A stretch of DNA of 64,000 nucleotides, taken from the NCBI RefSeq assembly GCF_009914755.1, contig NC_060938.1; one strand, 5' to 3'. A program made the translations under genes and the position numbers. The notes under the pieces are model-generated. The model saw only the letters and a program-made list of their open reading frames with translations, did not search any database and had not been told where the DNA came from. The stretch is from the human T2T-CHM13v2.0 reference genome, Homo sapiens. Shown in pieces: positions 17,311 to 31,429 of this stretch; positions within the stretch are counted from its first letter, which is position 1; each line of letters begins with the position of its first letter.

Positions 17311-17918
17311 TGAGGTAGTTTACTTTTATTCTCTACACAGGAGAAGAATTGAAAATTGGTCCTCTTTGTAATGGAGAGATGTTTTATTCTGTGATTCTTT
17401 TTTTTTTTTTGGCGTGGCGGGGGCGGGGTGCGGAAAGAGCAGTACATTAGCATCGTCATTTGTAATCAAGTTGCCTTTGCCTTAATATCCAGTGCTAAGA
17501 GCTTGCCGATTCGTTCAGGAGCTCCATTGCAGACACAGACTGGCCTGTGATTTTTCTATCCTTTCTTTCAGGTTGTTGAACCAAGGTAGAAAATATTTGA
17601 TGTAGCACAGCCAGCAGAATTATGGGCATTTTAATTATTTAGAGAACTGTGAATTAATAATTAATTTTCCATTCAATGTTAACTTGAATTTCAAAGGAAA
17701 AAATACTCCAATTGAAGTATAATTTTACATCAAATATGGTTCCTGTTGTTTAATTACTAGTTCATTTTTTTCATAAGATGAGAACTTTTAAAAATTTAAA
17801 GCATATTTTCTAATTTAAAAGTATTTTTAACAGATTTTCATTTCCTTAAAAGCTGATTATCATTCCTTTTCTTCAACATGGTACATTCCGAGTTTTATTG
17901 TTTTCCTCTTATTTTTAG

Positions 17919-17967
17919 ATCTATCCTTCTGTGGAAAATGTGCGGACCAGTTTAGAAGGATATCCTG
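17919..17967 (+). CDS. TDP1: TDP1 exon (49 nt; ~exon 12) IYPSVENVRTSLEGYP(A)
   Basis: atttttag acceptor, ctg|gtaatt donor. In-frame translation. Confidence 0.96.
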
Positions 17968-19490
17968 GTAATTCTTGGGGAGACTGTCTTGATTGTGTTT
18001 TATGTATATTTCATGAATGTCCTGGTAAAGTTTTACTACTATTGCTTAGAAATTTGGAGATGGTTTTCACTTAACTATATAAGGATCATGAAAATAGGCA
18101 ATATGAAGCTCTGCATTCCGCAGATGATACCCTTCAGTTTGGGTGTGTTATTAATCCTTACAGAAACCCTCTGCACAATAGTTTTCATTTTTACCAGTAA
18201 GGTAACCAGCAGGTTGGTTGTCCAGACAAGATAGCCAAATAAAATCAGCTTCCCCTTACTCTTCAATGCGTTTTCAGAGCTTATCCAACATACCTTCCTC
18301 TCATCTCTGCATATCCTCCCTTCCTGTGTTTGAGGTACCATGTGGTCCTTTTAAATGCCTGCTATAGATAACATTTAAGGTCCGGAATTTTTAAAATTTT
18401 GCCTTTGGTATAACTTTGTTGATATGTCTATTCTGTCAAGGGTGTCATCTGCAAATGCCTAAGATTTTTTGTAGGCATCTGTCAACGCTGTCCCTTTCCC
18501 TTATACTCATACCAGGCACTAAACCTTTATTTAGAATTCAGCAGCCCCGCTAGTTAGTGTAATCAGGAGATGTTAACTGAAAACCCACATAGTGGTTGTC
18601 TCTGGAAAAAGCAAAGTCTAATTGGCATTTGTTGATGGCTGAAAGCAGAATGCACTGAATTAAACTAATTTAGTCCATTTATTGCTTATCAGGCTCAATA
18701 AGAAAAATCTGCCAGGAAAATTTCGCTAGCGTTTGGAGTGTATTAGCCCTTTTTTTTTTTTTTTTTTTTTTTAATGGCAAAACCAAAATTACTTCACCGA
18801 GACCCAGGGATACAGTGGTGGTTTTTCTTTGGTACTCTTTTTGTGCCTCTAATAGGCTAGATTCATTCAAAGTGTACTTTTAATGGGGGAACAACATGGT
18901 ATTTTTAACAAAGTTGTTTTATAACTGGCTTTGAAACTGAATGTTTTTAGTTATTTGAAGTTGAAGACAGGACATGCCCTATTTGATATGTCAGAGATGT
19001 TTGGATATAGATCTCTTTGGGTGTAGATCAGTGTGGAGAAGTTCCAGCATGTGTGTGGAAAGTCACTGATAATCCACTGTGGAGTTTTCTTCATTTTAAA
19101 AATGAGCAAGCATTGACTTCTAATTGTATTTCCACTTGGAACTTTCTTTATTCTCTTTGCAAGAATAAGGCTTTTAGAATTCCTTTTTTCAAACTGAACT
19201 GTTTACTGAACGTTTTGTTTTTTAGCCATTCTTTTCTGTTTGTCAGAATCTGCTCAGCCAGTACAAAGTCTGTTTGGAAATAGTGTGTAAAGGTGAAGTA
19301 GAAGGGGCACTGACATCTTGTCCTAGATTTTCCTCCCCAAGTCCCACGGTCTTGGGCAAAACAGAGGCTGTCCAGCTGTGTCTTATTTGCATAAGGAGGG
19401 TAGGATGGGCCAGGATTCTAACACTTCAGATCTGTGCAGGTATAGATGTTAAATTATCATCACCAAGTAATTCAATTATAATTTTTTGTT

Positions 19491-19915
19491 TTCAAAGTGT
19501 ACTTTTAATGGGGAACAACGTGGTATTTTTAACAAAGCTGTTTTATAACTGGCTTTGAAACTGAGTGGTTTTAGTTATTTGCAGTTGAAGCTTTTGCAGG
19601 AAAAAGCTCTATTCTGCTTTACTTGGTGCGTTCTCGTCCTCAATGAGGTAATTTACTTTTATTCTCGACACAGAAGAATTGTAAATAGTCCTTACATTCC
19701 TGATGGGAGAAATCTTTTTAATGTGTTCATAATTCTTGCTCTGAATGTTGAATGGGTTTCTAAAAAGTGATTAGCGAGTTGTCATTAGTTTTCAGTATGT
19801 TTGTGTTACATGAGCCTTATTTAAAGGCATCCCATGACTATACTTCGTAAAGTATATGATCATCACTTACTTTTGCTTATAAGTCTGGATGTTTATAAGA
19901 TTTGCATAAAGTTAA
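19491..19915 (+). repeat. Tripartite intragenic mosaic duplication (copies of 18866-18966, 17264-17351 and 21686-21922)
   Basis: Direct hand alignment: about 94%, 90% and 96% identity to the three source segments. Confidence 0.95.
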
Positions 19916-20048
19916 TACTGAAGGAAGGAAACCTCGTTAAGAGAACATATCTAGTGCAACTATAGACATTTTCTTTCAAATAACTATTCTATAAGATGAA
20001 GTAATAGAAGTAGTTTTTTTCCTGTTACCTTCTTGCTGTTTATTGTAG

Positions 20049-20186
<138 letters not shown>

Positions 20187-21548
20187 TAAGTAATTGGTTT
20201 AGACTGCTGCTATTGCTTCTTTAGGAATTAGAGTGTTATTTATGTCACTGGTTTGTTTTTTTTTTTAAAAGGAACTTTATGTAATATAGCTATATTCTTT
20301 CATCTACATATGTTAGTGATAGAAATAATTTAAAACAAGGTTTTGAATTTTTTTTGGAATAGGTTTTTAATACCAAAGAGGAAAATTTATTGCTGTGAGG
20401 TTTCTATTTAAATATTGGCATGCCAAGAAAGACAAATAGAAGATCATGTTGGGTAGTTTAGAATTTACATAAGCAGCATTTTAGTTCATTTTTCCAAAAT
20501 ATAAAGTATCATTATTCTGTCTGTACCGTCACACATGCAGCTGCAAGCTTGTTGAGGGCAGATTCTTTGCTGCCGTTTCCTGAGGATACAGGACAGTATC
20601 TGGCGTGTTGTCAGAGTTCAGTAAATGCTGAGTGGACAAGTGAAGGGAATGTCCTTCACCCTCCTCCAGCCACAGCAGTTGCACAGCCTGCATATGCAAG
20701 GCCAGTCTGTTTCATGCTTGTCTCAACAGGTGTTTGCTGTGCTGGTTAGCCAGAAATGAAAGCAGAATTACTTTGAATTATAGCTTTCAACTGTAAGTCA
20801 GTGTGTAATCCTAGAGCTTTTCTTTAGTGCTTTCTTGAGAGGTTTTTCCTTACAGAGGACATTTCTTTAAATTGAACTCATTTAAATATTATATTATTAA
20901 ATTCACTTGAATGAAGACAGTGATGGTACCTACCTAAACCTGATTCTGTTTTCACAGACCATCTGTTAATCTGGAGGGACCATCCTCTTATATTCATAAG
21001 TAAAGATTGTTGCTTCATGATATAGGTTCCCATAGAACCATAGTCTGCAATATTGGAAACTTAGAAACCAAACTCAGATTTGTGAATGTCAGCATTTGAC
21101 TAAAGTATTTCTGCCCTCGCTTTTCAACATTCATTTTTTTCATATACTGTTTGTATTTTGCCTTTTTTGTATTTTGTTTCATTCAACAAGCTTTTGCTGA
21201 GCCTCTACTCATAACACACCGTGGAAGCATGATTCTTCCCTTTAAGGAGCTCACAGTTCAGGCAGGAGACATATACACACATGCTGTTAAAAGCACAACA
21301 GAAATAATATGTATGCATGTATGTATGTTCATGGCAAAAATGGAAAGGCTATATGCTGAAAGGTTGCAGTGCTTCTTGTGAAAAGTGGGAAGTTTATAAT
21401 TCTAAAATGGGCATGCGTTACTTGAATGGAGTTTCATAAAATCTCACAGGTCACAGAGTCGTGTAGCCACTGTTGATTTTTAGATAATAGGCTCTTTGTT
21501 TTCATGCAGTTTCCTAATATTAGGATTATGATCAATTTTATTTCATAA

Positions 21549-21686
<138 letters not shown>

Positions 21687-22479
21687 TAAATAGTCCTTAC
21701 ATTCCTGATGGGAGAAATCTTTTTAATGTGTTCATAATTCTTGCTCTGAATGTTGAATGGGTTTCTAAAAAGTGATTAGTGAGTTGTCATTAGTTTTCAG
21801 TATGTTTGTGTTACATGAGCCTTATTTAAAGGCATCCCATGACTAATCCCTTTGTAAAGTATATGATCATCACCTACTTTTGCTTATAAGTCTAGATGTT
21901 TATCAGATTTGCATAAAGTTAACATTTACTTCTGTTATTTAATACCTCAATAGGGGTTATGCAAATTGACATTTGGGGTAAGTACAGAAGAATAATGAAA
22001 TGTTAAAATTAATATTTTTTTCTTAATTAGTTTCTCCTTAGGTAATTGAAATCTGAAGCAATCAAATCTCTTATGTGTCCTTTTCTAAAACATCTTTAAG
22101 GTGTAATTCACGTACCATAAAATCTGCCCATTAAGTCTCTACTGTTTAATGGTTTAGGATAGTCACAGAATTATGTAACCATTACCATAATCTAAATTTA
22201 GAATATTTTCATCACCCTATAAGAAACCACCTACCTGTTGGCATTTTTGTGTCTATTTTTATAGGAAGATAAATTGCTATGCCCTTTGAAAACTAGAACT
22301 TTAGTTCCTGACTCCCAGGCTGAACCCAACGATTAGGCATCTCTTTATGATTCAGTAACATAATTAATGTCAATAGCAACTAATTAAAGTATCACAGAGT
22401 AGAATTATTTCTTTAAGAGAGGAACAGCACTCATGAACAAACTTTTAAACAAAAGAGCCACTTACATCTTCTTGGCGAG

Positions 22480-22600
22480 AGAGAAAGATTTATTTTAAGG
22501 AATTGGCTCATGCAATTGTAGGGGCTGGCAAGTCCAAAATCCATAGGGCAAACCAGCAGCTTGGAGATTTAGTAAGACTTGATGTTGCAATCTTGAGTCT
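22480..22600 (-). mobile_element. MLT2 LTR fragment
   Basis: agatttattttaaggaattggctcatgcaattgtaggggctggcaagtccaaaatc motif. Confidence 0.6.
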
Positions 22601-25600
22601 CTTTCTACTTTATTGGAAAAGTTTAATTTAATGTCTGTTTGGGTGTTGTTTTCCCTCAAAGTGTAATAAAAAGGTGATGTACTTCACAGAAATTACGTAT
22701 TATTGATTCTGTTTCAAGGGCATTAAGGGAAGTGGAGATTAAAGTAACCCTGTGAGTAATCTTTTTCTAAAGGCAAAGTTTTTGTAGTTCAGTTCAATGG
22801 CAGTGTGTGCTTGACTGTGGGAACACAAAGAGCCAGGAAGCACGAGCCCTGCCATGCATGTGATGTTGTATCCTAGTTGTTTACCTGTGTGAGGACCATA
22901 GTGGAAGCACTGTTAGAAATGTATTGCCTTGCTGGGGCAGAGGCAGGATCAAATGAGAGATCAGCTAAACTAAGTAAAGAGGTGCTATTGTAAGTAGGCC
23001 TAGAAGTAAGCCTGAGAGAAAACCCAGACGGATTAGAAGGAACTAGTGAGGACAAAGGCCATGGAGGTGGGAAAATACACAGGATTTTCAGGGAAAATCT
23101 GAGTGATTCCATGAGGCTATGTAAAAGGAAACACAGGTTCAGATACCTTTGGCATGTATTTTCTAAAGTTAAGTCAAAAAACATCCACTGTCAGTTTACT
23201 CATTTAATATTTGTCAGTTTTGTACTGTGAATATCTGCTTTAATGTCGAATGGCTGTTACTAAATTAAGCAAATTATAGTTATTTGAAGTTTATTGTAAG
23301 AATTTGAAATTTGTCATTATGGCTTTGTAGCTTCTAGTTTTATTCTGTAATAACTGGACTGAAAGCTGTATCTACTTGCCTAAATGTTTAAAGATGAATA
23401 GCAACAACATTCATTCAGTAATTTCAATATGCCAGACTGTTCTGGGTGAGCAATCATGTGTATTTACTTATTTAATTCTCACAACAGCTGCATGAGGACC
23501 AGGAGGCACAGAGTGATTAATAAGCTGCCTACTATCATGCAGTAATAAGTGATGGAACCCAGATAGGAGCACACCTCTCCTCTACTGTCTGATGCCCCCT
23601 CTTAATCAACATAGAGTTTTAGTGTGCCTGTTTTCTACAAAGACTAGTTAATTCCAAAGAAATTGTGTCAGGCTTTACTTTGATTGCTGTATAAAAGAGG
23701 AAAAGGACATTGAGCATTCCAATATGATTAAAGGATTTCTAAGAAACATAACTTAAATAACAACTTAGATACATAGAACCCACTCTCTCAGCCCTTCCAT
23801 AATAAAGGAAAGTATAGTTTCCAAATATAAATGGCATCTACCAGTAAGGAGCTCCCTTGATTAGGTTTGGACATTTTGTTTTGTCTGTCACTTTTTCTGA
23901 ACCTGTCAGAAAGAATGTTCCCAAACCGAACTCATGTAGATGGAGATTTCTTTTCCCAGAATTCTTCTTTGCCCTTGTGGCACCTGTCTCTTATTACCAA
24001 GCTTAAAGCCTGAATGTCTCTTTCACTATTCCCTCAAATGTTTGGCAAACATTTGCTGAGGTCCTCCTGTGGATGCCAGGCACTCAGGATAAAACAGAAG
24101 ATTTAGATAGTGTCTTTTAGATGCTCACAGTCTCTGATGGAGGAGCCAGACACAGAAATAATTACAATAGGAAGAGACCAATTATGTGCTTGAGGTGGGC
24201 ACATGGATGCTTTGGAAATAGCTGTCAAAGCCTATTTATCTTTGAAATGTTTCAAAAGTTTCCTCTTCCAGTCCTTGCAATTACCAGGTCAGAAACTTAT
24301 CCTCTGGACTTCTGAAAGGGTTTCCTATCTGTTGTGTCATCACGTGGATGTTCTTCATAAGCCACTCATCCTGGTTGCCCATGCCCCTTCACCTTTCTGA
24401 AACATAGAGTTTCCTCATTGTTCCATGTTCAGAATTCCCCACGTCCTGTAGGCTAAAGTACAGATTCCTCAGTTTGGAAGTCATGCCCCAGCCACACCAT
24501 TTTCACCATTCTTACCCATTAATCCCCAAGAGGAGCCTTGAGAAGAAGCCAGGCTAGCCTCCTTTGCCCCTGAAGTCATCCAGCCAACAGCCCATGTAGT
24601 TTCTTCTCCTGATCCTTTCATCCCTTTTCTCTCTTTCTTCAGTTGCTGTTCATCTTTTAAGAGTTGTGTTCAGGTCCCATCTCCGCCTGGAGCCTCTTTC
24701 AGCCTCTGCTGGTCCCTCCCTGTCCAGATCCTTAGATCCGTGTGCCACCAGTGGAGCTCACAGCTCCTACCTCACTATTTTGTCTCTCAAGCATGAGCTT
24801 TAACATTGTCAGACAGTACTAGATGAGATGGTCATGTCTACTATTGAACAAGTCTTGCCTTGGACAAGTTTCTTAACCTCTCTGAGCCTCAGACTTCTCA
24901 ACTGCACAGCAACTATGAAGGTTTAAGGTGCCAACTATGGTGACCTGTGGGAGTAAGAAGAAAGGGGCAGGGGAGAGAATTGACCTGCATTAAGTAGCCA
25001 CCATGTGGCAGACACTTCTGGTGCTTTACCTACATAGTAGTGTCTTTCAGTCCCCACAAGAGCTGTGAGGTGGCGTTATCCCCTCCCTCCACTCAATGAG
25101 GAATAAGGCGGCAGAGTTGAGGCAGTTCTACCCATTACTCAGCAAATATGTATTGCCCGCTGTGGCAAGAATAGAGTAATTAAGATGAGGTTCTCACAGA
25201 ATTTACATTGGCATGAAAGAGATTTACCAAAGAATTCATTGTATACATATTAGTTAATTGCACTTGTAATGCTTTTTGACTATTCTACATAGGTGGGTTT
25301 TTAGCCAAAACATCACTTCTGGAGCCTGGTGGCTTCCATAATGCCCTAGATTCCTGCATTGTCAGCGTTCTTTCCCTATTCACTGTGGTTGCTTGTGTAA
25401 TTATCTGGCTTCCCCTCTAGACTCTGTGAGGCCAAGTCCATGCCTGTCTTGTTCAGCATACCCTGGTGACTGGCCAGGTGCCTGACATGTGGAGGCTGAT
25501 GAAGCCTAGGATTGAAGTGGTAACCATGAAAGCACTGCCTAGACTGCATAATGGAACATGGGAGGGCCCTCAAAGGTGATTCCTGAGTTTGGGGTATGTA

Positions 25601-26572
25601 GATGGGGATTGTCACTGATATCAGTATAGAAGTCAGGGAATGGAACTGGCCTACCACAGTGGGATGATGGTGAATTTGATTGAAGATTGATTTATCATGG
25701 TGGAGACTTCAGGTGGAATTGTTTGTTGGAGATGAACTTAAAAGTTTGGTGTACATATAGTATGTTTTGGAGTTTTGGTTAGTACTGATTGTTAACACCG
25801 TAATCCTTTGCGACTTCCAGAGGAGAATATAGCGGATCAACGCCTGGGCATTGAGGAACATACAAGAAATACATATCAGGTGGGCTTTTCATGCCTACCA
25901 GGTGTTCCATTGCCAAACAAATGAATTGGATTCAAGCCATCCCTCCTGGGTTGAAGAGCAACTGGTCACACATTCTCCATTACATAATTTTTCTTCTACC
26001 TAAGAAAAATGTTTTATATATATATTCTATTTTGGGTATCAGATTTAACCATTTATCCAGCACATAACTACTGAGCACCTACTATGCACCACACACTTTT
26101 CTAGGTGCTAAGAATGCAATAAACAATAAAACATCTTGACTTTTATGTTCTGGTGCTGGGAATTACACAAAAAGCAAAGAAGTGTGTTTATGTATGCAAA
26201 TGGTGGTAAGTGCTATAGAGAAAAAATAGAATGATAATTTAGGTGCACAATCCTTTATTCTAAATTCTTGGTACCAGATGTAGTTCAGTATTTGGATTTT
26301 AGAAAGATAATATGGTACCTATACTGTCTGTTAATATCCCTAGTGGTATCTGGACCAACACTTCATAATACAACATTTTGGAAGCAAAGATCACAGGTAG
26401 CCCCATGTCATCTTAGTTCAACTTTTGTTGCCCAATGAGTTAAGATCAAGTTTTGCTATCAAATGAAATGAGTTAAAAGCTTTATTTCAAATTTGGTTTA
26501 GGTTATTGTTTTTAAATTTTCAGAGCTAACATGTAGTTCTTAACCAGCAGTTCCAGGCACAGTTCCAAGCAC

Positions 26573-26574
<2 letters not shown>

Positions 26575-26629
<55 letters not shown>

Positions 26630-26664
26630 GTATGTATATGTATATGTATATATATGTATATATT
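26575..26664. repeat. (TA)n / (TATG)n compound microsatellite
   Basis: About 21 pure TA units followed by TATG and TA variants. Confidence 0.95.
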
Positions 26665-28059
26665 AATTCATGTAATTCTTATAGCCGTTCTACAGTGTAT
26701 CCATTAATCCCCTTTTCAGATGGAAGAACTGAAGCACAGAGGTTAAACAATGTGCCCAAGAATCCAGAGTCCCCACCCTCAAACACTGTCCTGTAGGGTG
26801 TGAGTGCTCGGGTTGGGGAGGGAGGCTGCTCCTTAAGGAAGAAGGTCAGGGAAGGCCTTCTGACGTGGTGACATTCATGCAGAGACCTGAAAGAAGTAGG
26901 GGAAGAGCCATGTGGATGGGTTGCTGAGGGACGCGGGGTGGGGAGTGGGAATATGCTTACTGTGTTTGATTAACAGCAAAGTGAGTGTTACTGGAGTCAA
27001 TAGGATGGGAGGGTAGGTGAGTTCAGAGCAGTAGTGGGTGGCCAGACTTTGCCTTTTTACCTGCTTTCAGATATTACCGTTTCTTTGATGTCTCCGGGGT
27101 TGCCTGAGGCCTTATTAGTCGTTGGTCTATGGAAAGCAGTTCAATGAATGTTATAATTTGAATTGATTGGAATAATTGAGTGCTTTTCTAAATGCTTGTT
27201 CCATGAGATTTTCTAGAATAAGATGTGGTTTTAAATAGTCGACTTCAGCTTATACTCAAATAGTGTGTCTCTCAACAGGGCACTATTGTTATTTTGGTCA
27301 AGATAATTTTTTGTTATACAAGATTGTCCCATGCATTATAAGTTATTTAATAACCTGGCCATCACATATTAACTGCCAAGTCCTAGTGAAAGCTGAAAAA
27401 AATGCCTTATACATTTCTAAATATTCCCTAGATTTTATGCTCTGGTGGACAATATCATCATCCTTGAGAATAAGTTCGTTATGAACAACTGATATATCCT
27501 TTCATTTAATATATTTACTTGCTTTAGAATAGTGAGGCAGGATTGTAGAGAGCACTGTGGATTCTAGTCCAAATGAAGTGCTCATGCCCAGCAAATCTAA
27601 TGCTCTGTCAGCAAAGTAGCAGACATACTAGTTTTAAGAATTGGATTTTAGCCAAAGGTAAATACATCAAAAGCTACGTAAATTTAACTTTTGATATTTT
27701 TCTACTTTATTATTACTGATCCGTATTAATGTTTGGGTTTGGAATGAATAACCCACTCCTCTTTATTAAGTACAATAAAATTAAAACAAATTCCCCAGAA
27801 AAAAATTATAGGAGTAATAAGCACAGAGAATTATAGGCAATATGAATTTTGACTTTTAACATGATAGACTTTAAAAAATAATCTAGAGCTGCATATCCAA
27901 AAAAGTATTATGATCACCCTTTGAAAGTAGGTGCTTTGGCCAAAAACATTGCCATTGCTCAAGTTTTCTTTCCACTCTTCCAAGTTCTTTCAAAATAAGT
28001 TGACATGACACATTAACAAATAAGTATTGTTTCTTAATAGACATTCTTTGTTTCCAGCC

Positions 28060-28878
<819 letters not shown>

Positions 28879-30782
28879 CACTGATATTTCTTTCCTGGTT
28901 CGATTTACCCATCTTATTCTCCAATTTTGGCTGGAATTAATTTTTTACTGTTTCCAAAATTGGGGTTTGTTTTTTGTAGTTAAGCAAAAGTACCCTTGTA
29001 CACACTCAAAAGACTGAACCTCTGGCTCCAAAGCTCTTTGAGAAGTTCTGTACTTTCTTGGAGCCAAAAGAGGCAGCTGTACTGGAGTAAGGGACCAACC
29101 CCGCAGCATGACTGCTTTGGAGAACCATATTTACTTGGGTATGTAGAGTTGTTAAAAATAATAGTCCTATAAAAGATTCATAGAATCACAAAAGATCTGA
29201 TTTCCTAATCTTAAAAAATCTCATCCCCTTAGGAAATGTATTTCGTATGGTTCCTATTGGGTCTACGTAATATCTTATTGCCTGTTATGTCTCTACCCAT
29301 CATAAGTAGAGGATGTTGACTTCCTGATCATTTGGACTTTGTTTCATCCAGTTGACATTTCACAAATGTGAAAACTGGCTACAGAAGGTCAGGAATTGGA
29401 ATCTTATAAAAATGCTAGCCTTAATATAGTTTTTAATCTTCCCTTTTATTATTTTAAATATAAATCATAGTTTTCATTTCCTCTCTTTCATTATGTGTTG
29501 TGATTGAGGTTCTGACTGAAAACATTTTTCATAGATCCTGGGTCACGTTTTAGTATATGGTTGCCATAGTTACCACGTCACCAAGAATCATAAAATCTGC
29601 ACCAAAACCTTTTTTAATGAAGTTTCTGTTGAACTATCTGCATTAGAAGTTTCCTTTTACTGTAGAGAAAAAATGAGTTTATAATTATCATGCTTCATTT
29701 CCTACCAGAATACTCATTGTGATCTTTGGTAATTATTCTTTAATGTTTGTGCCTTCTGGCAGATTGGCTAATATAGTGCCTAGTTCAGTACCTGGCCTGT
29801 AGTGGCTCAGAACTGAATGAATGGTATCCCCCTTAATCTAAATGCAGTTTATTTTCAGACTGCTTCTCAGGTTTTATTTTTTTCTGTACTGTCTACAATA
29901 ACTATACTTTTCTTTCAACTTCTAATTCAAATGCTCCCCTTAAAGTGAAACTTTTTCTAGCTCAGCAGGCATAATTATTTTTTCCTTTGTGTTTTCATGG
30001 CGCCTTTTGCTTGGTCCTTTTTTCATCTTCCCAGTTTATTTTATTTATTTTTTAATTTTTTGAATATCTTCTCACTGCTTCTGTAGGCATCGACCTGGTT
30101 GCTTCTTTATGGGTCTCTTTGCTTCCCTGTGTCATGAGCTTCAGGTGAGCAAGGTGCCTGATCTTACTCATCTTTTTCTGCTTAGCATCTAACACTGCAT
30201 GGCACATGGTTACTGACCAAAAATTATTTGAATCAGTACCCTTTTAAAAACTTATTTTTTTCCAATAGGTAACATACACAATAAAATAAATGGTATATAA
30301 AGAAGGTATGTCTTCCCATTCCTGTTCCCCAGCCACCCTGCTCCTCATCCAGAAACCACTACTACTAGTTGCTTGGGTTTAATAGCTGTAACCCATCAAC
30401 ATTTTCAAACCCAGGGTCCACAGATGGTGACATTACCCAATCATCCAGCATATTATGGAGGAAATAACCTGAGATAGAGTCCAAAGATCCAAGTCCTAAT
30501 TTGAGATTGCCACTTACTAGCCTTGCCACTTAAATTTTGGAAAACGCATTTATACCCTTGGCTTTTATCTCATTTATGGAATCCCAAGGATGATGATAGA
30601 AAACATGCGGTTGTTTCCTATTAAACAGTATGCTGTGTTTAATATTAGTTCACTGCTTGATTTTTCATGTCTCTCATATTCATTAGGCCTCTTAGGATTT
30701 AAGAAAGCACCTTATAAAGCCTTTATCTGTTTTGCCTGTGTAACACATCCATATAAAATATATGACCTTAAGACGTATTCAA

Positions 30783-31429
<647 letters not shown>

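Noticed and set aside
19597-19681. Possible TDP1 processed-pseudogene fragment
   Set aside because: Retains the exon-intron junction and has no exon-exon join or poly-A. Treated as part of the mosaic duplication.
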